64,000 bases of DNA from Macrostomum lignano (lineage: Eukaryota), in contig NIVC01000260.1 in assembly GCA_002269645.1 (NCBI GenBank), forward strand, positions 659,171-723,170. The letters are read 5' to 3'. The translations under genes and the position numbers were made by a program. Of this stretch, positions 1 through 12,514 are shown piece after piece (position 1 is the stretch's first letter; the number at the start of each line of letters is the position of its first letter). The notes under the pieces are model-generated. The model had not been told where the DNA came from. It made no database searches and saw only the letters and a program-made list of their open reading frames with translations.

Positions 1-340
1 GTCATATTCAAACTCAGAGGTCATATCAAGACTCAGAGGTCATATTCAAGACTCAGAGGTCATATTCAAGACTCAGAGGTCATATTCAAGACTCAGAGGT
101 CATTCAAGACTCAGGGATCATATTCAAGACTCAGAGGTCATATTCAAGACTCAGAGGTCATATTCAAGACTCAGAGGTCATATTCAAGACTCAGGATCAT
201 ATTCAAGACTCAGAGGTCATATTCAAGATTCAGAGGTCATATTCAAGACTCAGAGGTCATATTCAAGACTCAGAGGACATATTCAAGATTCAGCGGTCAT
301 ATTCAAGATTCAGAGAGTCATATTCAAGACTCAGTCATCT
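1..340. repeat. 20-bp tandem minisatellite (GTCATATTCAAGACTCAGAG)n, running off the window start
   Basis: Period-20 repetition is directly visible. Confidence 0.95.
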
Positions 341-1065
341 CCAAGACTCATATAGCAGCTTCAAAAGCCTTTTCAACAGTGGAGGACACAAAAACAGGTG
401 TGATTGTCATAGGCACAGGCAAAATTAAACCCGATATGAACAAGGCATTGGGAAAAAAAGGCTCACCCATCCTGCAGTTGTCAGTTACATGTAAAAGCTG
501 CTATGCATGCAAAATTACATTATAATTTGGACAAGCGAAGTCAGCTGGAAGAGTGGCGGCCACTTTGTGCTTTTGGCGTCGCAACAGCGGGGACCGCCGC
601 TTCCTCTGAACCCGCTGTTATCCCCAACCAAGTCTCCCCTTCTCTCTCCCCCCGCTCCGCCGTCCCTAAACCCCTCCCATCGAATGCAGATCCGAATGTT
701 CTCTCCGCAACACTTCTAAACACTTCTTAATCTCTTCAGTAGCCAACCAGCACATCCTTCCTCTGTTGTGAGCATCCAATCGGAAAAAGATGGGTTCGAT
801 GGACACCTACATCTAGCAGTGCCGCTACAGTCAGCTTGCTGGGGCAGTTGCGCACAATCTAACATTGCACCACAACGGGTGTCTGTTACAGAAATGCGAG
901 TCGAAAAAAACTACTACTTCCGCATAGGGAGAGAGAGGGGGGGAGGCGGGGGGGGGTCCGCCAGCCACTTTGCTTCGGGTGGTGCAGCTTGGGCTGGCGG
1001 TAGTTAAACTTCTGAAGCTCAGATCGGATCAGAAATGCAGACACACACAACAGACACACGCACAG

Positions 1066-1075
1066 AGATCAAAGG
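1066..1075 (+). promoter_or_regulatory. Perfect TCF/LEF consensus site AGATCAAAGG about 400 bp upstream of the Hox3 ATG
   Basis: Exact match to the canonical TCF HMG-box motif; function untested. Confidence 0.35.
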
Positions 1076-1463
1076 CCAGTTAGAAGCGGCCCGACAAAAA
1101 TAAGCCGTATTATTTTTCCTTGTCTCCCTCTCTCTCTTTTTCTCTTCTGGACACGCCGCCGCCGCCCGCTTCTGAAGAGTGTTGTTGGCTAAGCCTGGAC
1201 TGGACCCATATGCAGCGAGGGAAAGGGATATTTCGGAGAGGCTCCACATCCCAGCCAACCAAAGCGCCGCTCTCCCCTCCCCATTGCCCGCCACCCCACA
1301 GATCCCACCGCCGCATTAGCCCCTGGGGCGAAGAGGAGAAACTCCCCAATCTCTAGAGGTCTAATTGCCAAAATAGTGGCGGCGGCTCTGCAACTCCGAA
1401 TTCTGCAACTGCGAACATTTCATCGTCAAAGTCTCGAGTTTTATTGCGTCCAAGTCAGACATC

Positions 1464-1773
1464 ATGACAAATGTCCACGGACACCAACAGCAGCATCATC
1501 ACCAGCATCACGGAGTCAGACAACAGAACGGAGGCGGAGTTGGAATGCTGCATCACCCGATCTATCCATGGATGCTGGAGACTCGGCACAACTCCGCCAC
1601 GAACAAGTCCACCGCTGCTGCACTGTCCAGAGCTGCTGGACAGTCTGGCAAGGCTGCTCCAGCTGTCACTGCAGCCACCGCTGCCGCTTCCACTGCTGCA
1701 GCAGTCGCCAGCGACGCGAGTCACCAGCACCTGGTTGGGCAGCTGGACTGCGGAACAGCGTCTGCAAGCGGAG
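1464..1773 (+). CDS. Hox3: Hox3-class homeobox gene, coding exon 1 (hexapeptide exon)
   Basis: IYPWMLETRHNS resembles Hox3 IFPWMKESRQN. The GTGAGT donor at 1774 (phase 1) is phase-compatible with the acceptor at 8101. An additional upstream exon cannot be excluded. Confidence 0.85.
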
Positions 1774-2084
1774 GTGAGTCTGGCTTCATCATCATAACTA
1801 TAACTTGGTTATTGCTATCTGCCTAACACGAGGGGCAGTGAATTTATGGCATTGCTCCACCTATATACGAAATTACTTTATAGATCGACGCCACTGAACT
1901 ATATATATATGGACTAACAAATAAACATACATTTATATATATCCATGCATAAAGCTTCGATGCACAGCTCCCTTACCATAGCAACTGCAGCCGTGTCGTG
2001 TGCAATCGGACTCTAAAATATATATTATCCTTTTTTTCAATAATCTACAGCTGATTGGTTGATGCAAAATGAATGGAATTGATG

Positions 2085-3062
2085 CAGCGATGAGTGATTC
2101 TCCGAGTGACATTTTTTACTAGGAGTGATTCTCCGAGTGACATTTTTTACTTGGAGTGATTCTCTGATGACATTGTTTACTTGGAGTGATTCTCTGAGTG
2201 ACATTCTTCACTAGGAGTGAATCTCCCAGTGACATTCTTCCCTAGGAGTGATTCTCCGAGTGACATTTTTTACTAGGAGTGATTTCCGAGTGACATTGTT
2301 TACTTAGAATGATTCTCTGAGTGACATTCTTCCCTAGGAGTGATTCTCCGAGTTGGACATTTTTCTCTAGGAGTGATTCTCCGAGTTGGACATTTTTCTC
2401 TAGGAGTGATTCTCCGAGTTGGACATTTTTCTCTAGGAGTGATTCTCCGAGTTGGACATTTTTCTCTAGGAGTGATTCTCCGAGTTGGACATTTTTCTCT
2501 AGGAGTGATTCTCCGAGTTGGACATTTTTCTCTAGGAGTGATTCTCGAGTGACATTGTTAACTAGGAGTGATTCTCTGAGTGACATTGTTAACTAGGAGT
2601 GATTCTCTTAGTGACATTCTTCCTAGGAGTGATTCTCCGAGTTGGACATTTTTCTCTAGGAGTGATTCTCTGAGTGACATTCTTCCCTAGGAGTGAATCT
2701 CCGAGTGACATTCTTCCCTAGGAGTGATTCTCGAGTGACATTGTTTACTTAGAGTGATTCTCTGAGTGACATTCTTACCTAGGAGTGATTCTCCGAGTTG
2801 GACATTCTTCCCTAGGAGTGATTCTCCGAGTTGGACATTCTTCCCTAGGAGTGATTCTCTGAGTTGGACATTCTTCCCTAGGAGTGATTCTCTGAGTTGG
2901 ACATTCTTCCCCAGGAGTGATTCTCTGAGTTGGACATTCTTCCCTAGGAGTGATTCTCCGAGTTGGACATTCTTCCCTAGGAGTGATTCTCCGAGTTGGA
3001 CATTCTTCCCTAGGAGTGATTCTCCGAGTTGGACATTCTTCCCTAGGAGTGATTCTCTGAGT
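2085..3062. repeat. 31-33-bp minisatellite (AGGAGTGATTCTCCGAGTTGGACATTYTTYYCT)n in Hox3 intron 1
   Basis: Visible tandem units; explains the spurious LGESLLEKNVQ-type ORFs. Confidence 0.95.
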
Positions 3063-3749
3063 TGTTCTTCCATATAGCATAGAACAAGTAACTCTCGTCA
3101 GTCTCTCTGCCGCATCAGCTCCTCAGCGGAGGGCGGCGACTCCGTGTGCTCAGTTAAGCTTTCGAAGCGCGAACAGTTGCACTCCCTGCACCGCACCCTC
3201 CAAGAGAGACAACCAAAGCCGCTCATTATATCCCCAGCACAAAGTATTTCCAGATCCCCTTGCCCCCCCACCCCAAACAAGCAGAAACCCAATGCAATTC
3301 CAAGCAGAAAATCCCGGAGCTCTAGGGTCCAGGAGTATTTGGGCAGCAATAATTTATAACCTGCAGCTGGTTACCCCCGGCGGGCAGCGCACAATCCCTC
3401 ATCGGGGGGGGGGGTGGGGTCGGCCACCTTATTCTCTCTGTCAAGTCCGCAACGACAACAAGGCTCCAGCAGCCAGGAGTTGGTATAACACAGGGTCATA
3501 AATTTTCACTATGAACAACGCTTCCGCACACACTGCCCCGAACAGGGGGTGCCGCTTCCCCCGGGCCGGGTTTCGGGGCTTGGAGCTGCTGTGGCGGCGG
3601 CAGCTTCCCAATTCTTCCCAAACAATGAGAGACTAAGCCAGGGGCAATTATTTCTTAGCATAAATAGACTGATTCTGCTTTGTACAAAACTGTAATTTGG
3701 AATCTTTTTATGCAAATAATGAATCTATTTCAAAGCTTGTTGGTTGATT

Positions 3750-3925
3750 AGAGAGCGCCAGAACAAGGATTAGAGAGCGCCAGAATAAGGATTAGAGAGC
3801 GCCAGAACAAGGATTAGAGAGTGTCAGAACAAGGATTAGGGAGCGCAGAACCAGGATTAGAGAGCGCCAGAACAAGGATTAGGGAGTGCCAGAACAAGGA
3901 TTAGGGAGCGCCAGAACAAGGATTG
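3750..3925. repeat. 22-bp tandem repeat (AGAGAGCGCCAGAACAAGGATT)n
   Basis: Visible period-22 units. Confidence 0.9.
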
Positions 3926-4147
3926 TATCCTAGTCGGGACGCAAATTTATGTATTATTTTGTTAATTAAATTCTAATACAGTATGATAGTTTGTATTGTT
4001 TGTTTTGAGAATCTTTATCTCCCGTACTCTAAACTTTATGTTTTATAATATATTAGGTAAGGAATTAATAATTAATTATTTTTAGCTGGGGGCTCAACTA
4101 CAATGGGGGACCCATCTAGGGGAGGTAAAAATGGCCAGGGACCCCTT

Positions 4148-5290
4148 ACCGGCGCTAAAATTTGGCGCTTAACCGGCGCTAATATTTGGCGCTCAATTGG
4201 CGCTAAAATTTGGCGCTTAACCGGCGCTTAAACAATAATAATAATAATACCAACACTAATAACAATATTCAAATAGAAAAGCGTAGAACGGCCAGCGCAA
4301 AAACTACGGGACGCTCCACAAAATGATTGAGATCCCTCAGATTTTGTCTGAAATCGTTGGATCCGCTCGAACCCGAAGGAATGCAGGAGAGAAAGTCTAT
4401 TAATCTTCCCAAGGACAAATGATAGATGATGCTCCAGTTTTGCATAATTTTCGTAAATACCCCCACGCTGCTTGGCCAAGGAATTTGCATGAAGAATGAG
4501 CGCTAGAGCTGGAAGGCGGGAGAGCACCTATGTGGCTAGTGTAGGCTTGAGTAGGGCTTGGTTGTGCTCAAAATCCTCAAAATGATGGAGATGGGATATC
4601 CTTTCCAAAGCGATCTACCGAGGCATAAATGTCGGGTGCATTGGCTACGGCTCTTCATCTTTATAATAGTTGGCTGCCCGCCCAGCTTCCAAGATTGATG
4701 ACCCACCCTGCCGAACCCCCCCCCCCGAGCATGCACAGTGTCTCCTTTCAAGAGAGAATTCCCCAAATACAGTGTCAAGAATTTTGTAATTGAGGTGTCA
4801 GCCGGGACCATATTAGATTAATTTTATCATTACAATTTTTTGTTGCAGAATTTCTATTTCATACAGATCATAGGAAAAATGGTGCCAAATTTGCCATTCT
4901 TTAGGACATGCTCTTCATGATCTTCAGTCGCTAGAGATAGCAACCTCCGGTCCGCTAAGTCTCCCTATCCGGCCCTCGGGTCCTTTGAAACTTTACAGTA
5001 GCAATCCGGCCCGCTCAGGGCTTGTTTCTTTTCTCAGCTCTGTCGTTTTCTCTCTTCTCTATTCCCTCTCCTTTCCTGTCTCAAACACTGGCCCGCTCTC
5101 TCAACTAGATTTTAGCGCCAATTTAGCGCCACTGTTAGGATTTTTGCGCCAAGTTAGCGATACAGCCGAGATTTTAGCGCCAATTTAGCGCCACTGTTGA
5201 GATTTTAGCGCCAATTTAGCGCCACTGTTGGGATTTTAGCGCCAATTTAGCGCGACTGTTGGGATTTTAGCGCCAATTTAGCGCCACAGA
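4148..5290. repeat. Two oppositely oriented clusters of GGCGCTAAA/TTTAGCGCC motifs (4148-4230 and 5108-5290); possibly subterminal repeats of a decayed DNA transposon
   Basis: The motif clusters are reverse complements of one another; no clear TIR or TSD found. Confidence 0.45.
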
Positions 5291-5762
5291 CTATATTTTT
5301 TGTTTTTAAGTTGTGTTCTCACACTCACCAGTTTAGTTGACAAATTAAATTAGTTGGCCGCCATGCCTACTCCTTATGGCCACTGCGTCCGAGGTGGCAA
5401 ATTGTCAAATTAGGACTCAAGAAACAGTCCAAATGAATCTCATTATTACATTTTGCTATTTTTTAAGCTGTGGCCTGTAAAGTCGAGCTATTGGAGTTCC
5501 GAAATAGCTTATGAATGGCAGTAGAAATACTATGCTGCACACACACACACACACACACACACACTGACCCCGCACATTGATTGCCACACAATGGCACTGC
5601 CTTCTCCACTAGCGTTAATGCGCAACCCAAGTCCCCTATCGATTCTTCCCATACGGAATTAAACCCAGCCCCAGACAATTCCCTCTGAGAACTGACTGAA
5701 TCCCCGTATCGCATGGTGACTATTGCACACTGCCGCTCCTATACTCAACTTGGAGTGCGGCC

Positions 5763-5772
5763 CCTTTGATCT
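5763..5772 (-). promoter_or_regulatory. Second perfect TCF/LEF consensus site (CCTTTGATCT) in Hox3 intron 1
   Basis: Exact reverse complement of AGATCAAAGG. Confidence 0.3.
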
Positions 5773-5879
5773 GTGGGTAAATGCTGCACCTGCATGCTAC
5801 ATTGATATAAGCAAGCACTGTGTCCTGTGCTGGACTGTGTTGACAGCAATTGTTTGCAGGTTTTTGGTCTGCAATTGTT

Positions 5880-5975
5880 GCCTGCTTGATAATGTACACG
5901 CAGGAATGCACTCATACCCATGCTCACACGGGGTGTACAGCGGCTCTTTGGCTTTCCAATCGTCATGACAACCCA
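5880..5975 (-). mobile_element. SINE family B body fragment
   Basis: Reverse complement (GCCGCTGTACACCCCGTGTGAGC..TATGAGTGC) matches 13571-13620 and 57333-57380. Confidence 0.55.
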
Positions 5976-6496
5976 CTGGCTGACCAATTTCTGTGCACAC
6001 AAGACGCGAGTGAGGTGACTGTGGCATCCTTCTTGTCAGCGGTAGACTCTGCAGCCACGCTTAGCAACTAAACTCAGAGAAACGCCAGAAAAATATCTTG
6101 AAGAATTAAACAAAGCAGCTATAGCTCGTAAAACAAGCGCCATAAATATTATGATGACGTCAGCGCTATGCAACCACACAAACCCAAATTTGAGACAAGC
6201 AACTTCTTTCTTTGACAACGCGCAGAGGAAAGCAGACTTATCTACGAAATAACCATCCACTTTCTAGACGAGATTTATATTTATTGCCAGTCAAATAAGT
6301 CTTTCGCTTAAATGAAAACTGATAAAAAACAAGGCCCAGACGCTGTTTCATAGAAAAAGTGGCCCGCCACCCTCACGGAAGTTTACAGAATAAAATATAA
6401 TATGAGGCAGAGCCCAGCTTCCCGACCAGGGCGCTCAACATCTTCTTGACTATGGAGTTGGAAGCACCCTCTGCAACCGTCTGCGTGTAACTCTTG

Positions 6497-7330
6497 ATGG
6501 CGCCTCTGCTCACACCAAAAGAGGCGCCAATCCTCACACCAAAAATGGCGCCAATCCTCACACCAAAAGTGGCGCCAATTCTGACACCAAAAGTGGCACC
6601 AATCCTGACACCAAAAGTGGCGCCAATCCTCACACCAAAAGTGGCGCCAATCCTCACACCAAAAGTGGCGCCAATCATGTCACCAAAAGTGGCACCAATC
6701 CTGACACCAAAAGTGGCGCCAATCCTCACACCAAAAGTGGCGCCAATTCTGACACAAAAAGTGGCGCCAATCATGTCACCAAAAGTGGCACCAATCCTGA
6801 CACCAAAAGTGGCGCCAATCCTCACACCAAAAGTGGCGCCAATTCTGACACAAAAAGTGGCGCCAATACTGTCACTAAAAGTGGCGCCAATCCTGTCATT
6901 AAAAGTGGCGCCAATCCTGACACCAAAAGTGGCGCCAATCCTGTCACTAAAAGTGGCGCCAATACTGACACCAAAAGTGGCGCCAATCCTGTCATTAAAA
7001 GTGGCGCCAATCCTGACACCAAAAGTGGCGCCAATCCTGTCACTAAAAGTGGCGCCAATACTGACACAAAAATGACGCCAATACTGATACGAAAAATGGC
7101 GCCAAGCCTGACACCAAAAGAGGCGCCAATCCTTACACCAAATGTGGCACCAATGCTGACACCTAAAGTGGCACCAGTCCTGATACTAAAAGTGGCGCCA
7201 ATCCTCACACTAAATGTGGCGCCAGTTCTGAAACTAAAAGTGGCGCCAGTCCTGACACTAGAAAGTTGCGCCAATCCTCACACTAAATCTGGCGCCAATC
7301 CTGACACTAAAAGTAGCGCCAATCCTGACA
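6497..7330. repeat. 24-bp minisatellite (GGCGCCAATCCTGACACCAAAAGT)n in Hox3 intron 1
   Basis: Visible tandem units; the PKVAPILT ORF is an artefact of a period divisible by 3. Confidence 0.95.
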
Positions 7331-7749
7331 CCCTCGCGAGCAAGGCGATGTATTTCCACAGCGAAGTCTACCTCCTGCGGCACAGTCTTGAACGCCATGT
7401 TCCGGCCTCCCTGCCCGATGACTGACTGTCTGCAGTGAAGCCAAACACTGAAAACGTTTCACCATGTTGCAAATGGGCGCCATGCTTTCAGCCAAGTCCA
7501 TTCCAAAGCAACAAAAAAGTTATTTTTTTGGCTGAACTGCCTGTGACAGCCGCGTGAATCCATTCTTTTAAAGAAGATTACGGTGACAAAGAAACAGAGT
7601 ATTTCGATTAACACGCTTTTTTACAACTGAAACTTTTTTGGAATCTTTCCTGCTCTTTATAAGGCTTTTAAAAGGAATGTAATTACAAAATTTAACAACC
7701 TGCACTTCTATTCACAACACAAGCCTTGCTTTGCTAAAAGCGGAGATTC

Positions 7750-8068
7750 TACTAAGGGGAGATTCTTCTGAGGGAAGATTCTACTGAGGGGAGATTCTAC
7801 TAAGGGTAGATTCTATTGAGGGGAGATTCTACTGAGGGGAGATTCTACTGAGGGGAGATTCTACTGAGGGGAGATTCTACTGAGGGGAGATTCTACTGAG
7901 GGGAGATTCTACTGATGGGAGATTCTACTGAGGGGAGATTCTACTGAGGGGAGATTCTACTGAGGGGAGATTCTACTGAGGGGAGATTCTACTGAGGGGA
8001 GATACTACCGAGGGGAGATTCTATTGAGGGGAGATTCTACTGAGGGGAGATTCTACTGAGGGGAGATT
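7750..8068. repeat. 16-bp minisatellite (CTACTGAGGGGAGATT)n ending about 33 bp before the homeobox exon acceptor
   Basis: Visible period-16 units. Confidence 0.95.
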
Positions 8069-8101
8069 CACAAGCCCCAACGCCCCGCCCCTACCCCGCA
8101 G

Positions 8102-8357
8102 ACGACTTGGGCGCATCAAAGCGAGTTCGCACGGCCTACACGAACGCGCAGCTGGTGGAGCTGGAGAAGGAGTTCCACTTCAACCGCTACCTGTGCCGGC
8201 CACGCCGCATCGAGCTGGCAAGTTCGCTGAATCTCACGGAGCGGCAAATCAAAATTTGGTTCCAAAATCGGCGAATGAAGTTCAAGAAGGATCAGAAAGT
8301 TCGAGACACGGAGCTGCAGGCGAGGCGGATGGCGATGGGATCCGATTTGATTAAGGA
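8102..8357 (+). CDS. Hox3: Hox3-class gene, exon 2 (homeodomain)
   Basis: [61 protein letters not shown] has PG3-typical residues (RTAYT.AQLVE, KDQK). Acceptor CCCCGCAG ends at 8101; donor GTGAGT starts at 8358 (phase 2). Confidence 0.92.
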
Positions 8358-8374
8358 GTGAGTGGCTGGGCGGC

Positions 8375-9095
8375 CCTAGGTTCATGGGGAATTGATCTCA
8401 GGCGCCTAGGTTCATGGGGAATTGCTCTCAGGCGCCTAGGTTCATGGGGAATTGCTCTCAGGCGCCTAGGTTCATGGGGAATTGCTCTCAGGCGCTAATG
8501 ATCATGGGGAATTGCTCTCAGGTGCCAAGGTTCATGGGGAATTGTTTTCAGGCGCCTAGGTTCATGGGGAATTGTTTTCAGGCGCCAAGGTTCATGGGAA
8601 TTGCTCTCAGGCGCTAATGATCATGGGGAATTGCTCTCAGGTGCCAAGGTTCTTGGGGAATTGTTTTCAGGCGCCTAGGTTCATGGGGAATTGTTTTCAG
8701 GCGCCTAGGTTCATGGGGAATTGCTCTCAGGCGCCAAGGTTCATGGGGAATTTCTCTCAGGCGCCAAGGTTCATGGGGAATCGCTCTCAGGCGTAAATGT
8801 TCATGGGGAATCGCTCTTAAGCATCAATGCTGTTAGGAAATGAATAATTAAGATGCCAAGGCTCATGGGGAATTAACTAAGATGCCAAGGCTCATAGGGA
8901 ATTAACTAAGATGCTGAGGCTCATAGGGAATTAACTAAGATGCCAAGGCTCATGGGGAATTAACTAAGATGCTGAGGCTCATAGGGAATTAACTAAGATG
9001 CCAAGGCTCATAGGGAATTAACTAAGATGCTAAGGCTCATAGGGAATTAACTAAGATGTCAAGGCTCATGGGGAATTAACTAAGATGCCAAGGCT
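8375..9095. repeat. Two related minisatellites, 30 bp (GGCGCCTAGGTTCATGGGGAATTGCTCTCA) and 29 bp (GATGCCAAGGCTCATAGGGAATTAACTAA), filling Hox3 intron 2
   Basis: Visible tandem units sharing the core GGYTCATRGGGAATT. Confidence 0.92.
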
Positions 9096-9130
9096 CATTC
9101 AAATTCTTCAATTCACTCCATCCCCCGCAG

Positions 9131-9383
9131 GGAAAAGTTCAACAGCCTCCACAGCATCAGCGGCATTCCCGTGCAGACAGAGCAGCTGCTCCATCAGCAG
9201 CATCCTCAGCACCATCAGCATCAGCAGATGCTTCAGCAGCAGTCTGGCATTGGATTCCACGGCGGAGGCGTCGCAGAGTCCGCAGCTGCAGCCGCCCAAC
9301 AGTCGATGTTCTTTGAGCAGCAGTTCAGTCAGCAGAACCCGATGCCTCAGCAGCAGCTGCCCTGCCGCAGTCCGTTCGTGTGA
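9131..9383 (+). CDS. Hox3: Hox3-class gene, exon 3 (Q/H-rich C-terminal tail)
   Basis: Acceptor TCCCCCGCAG ends at 9130. The phase-2 join gives E-EKFNSLHSISGIPVQTEQLLHQQ...PFV*, with the same codon style as exon 1. Confidence 0.75.
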
Positions 9384-9639
9384 ATTGACCCGCGCAGCCC
9401 CACCAGTCCCTCGGAACCTGGGAATTCCAGCCAGCCACACCCTGCTCTCTTAGTCTCAAGTAGTCCAGCACGATTGTATTGCTTTATTTTCTATTACTGA
9501 TATCTACATTATCTACCTGTTATCCCTACTGCTTCTAGTAGGGAAGACTTACAGGCTCGTGAATGAGAGCCAACTGTGTTTAAATACTTGACCCGAGCGT
9601 CCCTGCGGCACCCCCCCCGTCCGAGTGTGGACTCTTCCT

Positions 9640-10010
9640 TAGTCTCTCCACCTCTATCTCCCTTTTTTATCTATCGTCTACTCTCCTCTATCTACCCTCT
9701 CTTATCTAGCATCTAGCATATACCCTCCTCTATCTACCCTATCTTATCTAGCATCTAGCATCTACCCTCCTCTATCTACCCTCTACTCTCCTCTATCACC
9801 TTTTTTATCTATCGTCGACTCTCCTTTATCTACCCTCTTATCTAACATCGAGTCTCCTCTATCTACCCGCTCTTATCTAGCATCTACTAATCTCTATCTA
9901 CCCTGTCTTATCTATCATCTAGCATCTACTCTCCTCTATCTACTCGATCTCTTATCTAGCATCTACTCTCCTCTATCTACTTTCTCGTGGCTCCCTCTCT
10001 TCCTATCTCC
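9640..10010. repeat. Pyrimidine-rich low-complexity (TCTATC/CTAC/TCTAGCA) repeat
   Basis: Degenerate short-unit repetition. Confidence 0.8.
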
Positions 10011-10519
10011 TTCTTTGCTTTCCTCTCTCCATCTTCCAGTCTCCCGCCTGTCCGCATGAGCAAAGTTACAGTATTTGAACATTTTGCACAGGTGTTGATC
10101 CATGCACACGCAGCTACACTCGTATTTGACATACAATTGCGGCACAGTACATAGTAGAGCAGGATCGGTGTGCATTTTTTACAACTTAAACACAGCCAAC
10201 TTACTTGGCTTGTATTCTACGTGCAACAAATGCTAGGAATTGTACATTCGCCCCAGTATCAGAACTGTTTTTAATCTGTGTATCAAAGCGTTAAAATATA
10301 TTAAAATACTCCATGCCCTTTGTTTAACTGTCTGCCCAGCCATGCTTGCCTCTCTATAATTGACTTACCGAACTCTATGTGCGCATAATGTATTCAATTT
10401 AGTAAACTATGCATTGGATTCTAAGACCTATTGCTTCTTTGCAAATTCAAAATAGAATTCAACTTTTATTGCGGATAATTTTTTTGCAATTTATAAAGAC
10501 GACAGACTTTTACTTGCAA

Positions 10520-11345
10520 CTTCAGTCACACCTGTGCTCAGGGACTATAAATAACAGGTATAGTTCAGTCACACCTGTGCTCAGTGAGTATAAATAACAG
10601 GTATATCTCAGTCACACCTGTGCTCAGTGACTATAAATAACAGGTATATCTCAGTCACACCTGTGCTCAGTGACTATAAATAACAGGTATATCTCAGTCA
10701 CACCTGTGCTCAGTGAGTATAAATAACAGGTATATCTCAGTCACACCTGTGCTCAGTGAGTATAAATGACAGGTATATCTCAGTCACACCTGTGCTCAGG
10801 GACTATAAATAACAGGTATAGTTCAGTCACACCTGTGCTCAGTGAGTATAAATAACAGGTATATCTCAGTCACACCTGTGCTCAGTGAGTATAAATAACA
10901 GGTATATCTCAGTCACACCTGTGCTCAGTGAGTATAAATAACAGGTATATCTCAGTCACACCTGTGCTCAGTGAGTATAAATAACAGGTATATCTCAGTC
11001 ACACCTGTGCTCAGTGACTATAAATAACAGGTCTACCCTGTCTAATCAACCATATTGCTCAGGGAGTATAAATAACAGGTATATCTCAGTCACACCTGTG
11101 CTCAGTGACTATAAATAACAGGTATATCTCAGTCACACCTGTGCTCAGGGACTATAAATAACAGGTATAGTTCAGTCACACCTGTGCTCAGTGACTATAA
11201 ATAACAGGTATATCTCAGTCACACCTGTGCTCAGTGACTATAAATAACAGGTATAGTTCAGTCACACCTGTGCTCAGTGAGTATAAATAACAGGTATATC
11301 TCAATCACACCTGTGCTCAGGGACTATAAATAACAGGTATATGAG
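10520..11345. repeat. 43-bp tandem array (TCAGTCACACCTGTGCTCAGTGAGTATAAATAACAGGTATATC)n
   Basis: About 19 near-identical units with period 43 and no unique spacers. Confidence 0.95.
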
Positions 11346-12024
11346 TTGCAACTGTGGAAATTTAACAAGACAAATGTAACAGACTCGGTTATTTTAACGA
11401 TGTCCTCGGCAAGTATTCACAAGTGCAAGCAGACACAAGCATATATATAATATTAAAATGATATTAATACAGTTTATTTGACGATAAAGACAATAAATAG
11501 CAAACACACACAATAATAAATAACTTTGCAAACCACTGACACTCAGTGTGCCAAAAATTGTACTATAAACTGCAGCGAATCATTAAACATTACCTAAAAA
11601 TTTATTGAAACAATTAGACAGAAACAAAAACAGAAAAAACAGACACGTCTGTTCCAAAAACGTTCGCTTTTGAAAAAAATTAAAAGAAAAATTTCCGCTC
11701 CAACTACACTACTTACTACTGGCGTGAATCAGTAGTAACCTAAAAATGTCAAAGTTTACAGCTGCAAACAACAATTAACGGTAATAATATAACAGATTGG
11801 TAATAAAAACACACCAATTCAGCTAACGCAAACAAAGCAACAATATTGTTGTGAAATGTTTAAGCAGGCCGATTAGATTATTATAATATTCAAGGAGTAA
11901 TTTAAACAAGTTTTGCAAAGTCTACAAGTGCCTGTCCTGCAACTGTCTATGGCCGAAATCTCAGTTTCAGCGTTAAAAGACAAACGGTTGTAGAGGAACC
12001 TGTAATCAGTGCCTTGTCACTTGT

Positions 12025-12312
12025 AGGGATTCTAGCCTAGTGGTCAGAGCGTCGGACTCACGACTGGAAGGTCGGGGGTTCGATTCTTGACCCATGAAGA
12101 ACAACTTGTGTACTTGAGCAGGACAGCTGTAAAATGGGTGCCAGCATTAGCTGGGGTAATTGAGGGTGTGTGGCGACTCCCTCCAGTCCTTGGACTGAAC
12201 AGCCGGACGCAGCCTTCAGATGGCTGAGCTGTCGGTTGCACATCTGGCCCAATTCGACAGGTGTAATCAATCATTATTATGAATGTAACTATTGTATATG
12301 AGAGATGAGACT
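12025..12312 (+). mobile_element. tRNA-derived SINE, family A
   Basis: A-box-like TAGTGGTCAGAG and B-box GGTTCGATTC; body shared with 24365-24527 (CATTAGCTGGGGT.ATTGAGGGTGTG..GGCGACTC). Confidence 0.75.
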
Positions 12313-12514
12313 CTCCGCTTTCCAATGACCCCTCCTAACTTGTTGAATTTCAGGCCTTTAATAAACACTTCACACAGCTTTTGAGCTCTCTTGACCGGCC
12401 ACATGTACACTACAGTTTCCAGTAGGGCCTAACAGACAGAGACACAATCAGCACAGGAATACATAATTAATCTGACATATTCAACAATAACTCAAAAATC
12501 AATAAGGATTAGTC

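Noticed and set aside
1120-1356. Upstream ORF as an extra Hox3 N-terminal exon
   Set aside because: No convincing donor/acceptor pair or Hox N-terminal motif; cannot be supported without transcripts
10520-11345. CRISPR-like array (also the 151-bp and 28/32-bp arrays)
   Set aside because: Units are head-to-tail with no unique spacers, there are no cas genes, and the context is eukaryotic
12025-12100. tRNA gene (also 24365 and 57130)
   Set aside because: A/B boxes are present but no complete cloverleaf or terminator; they continue into shared SINE bodies
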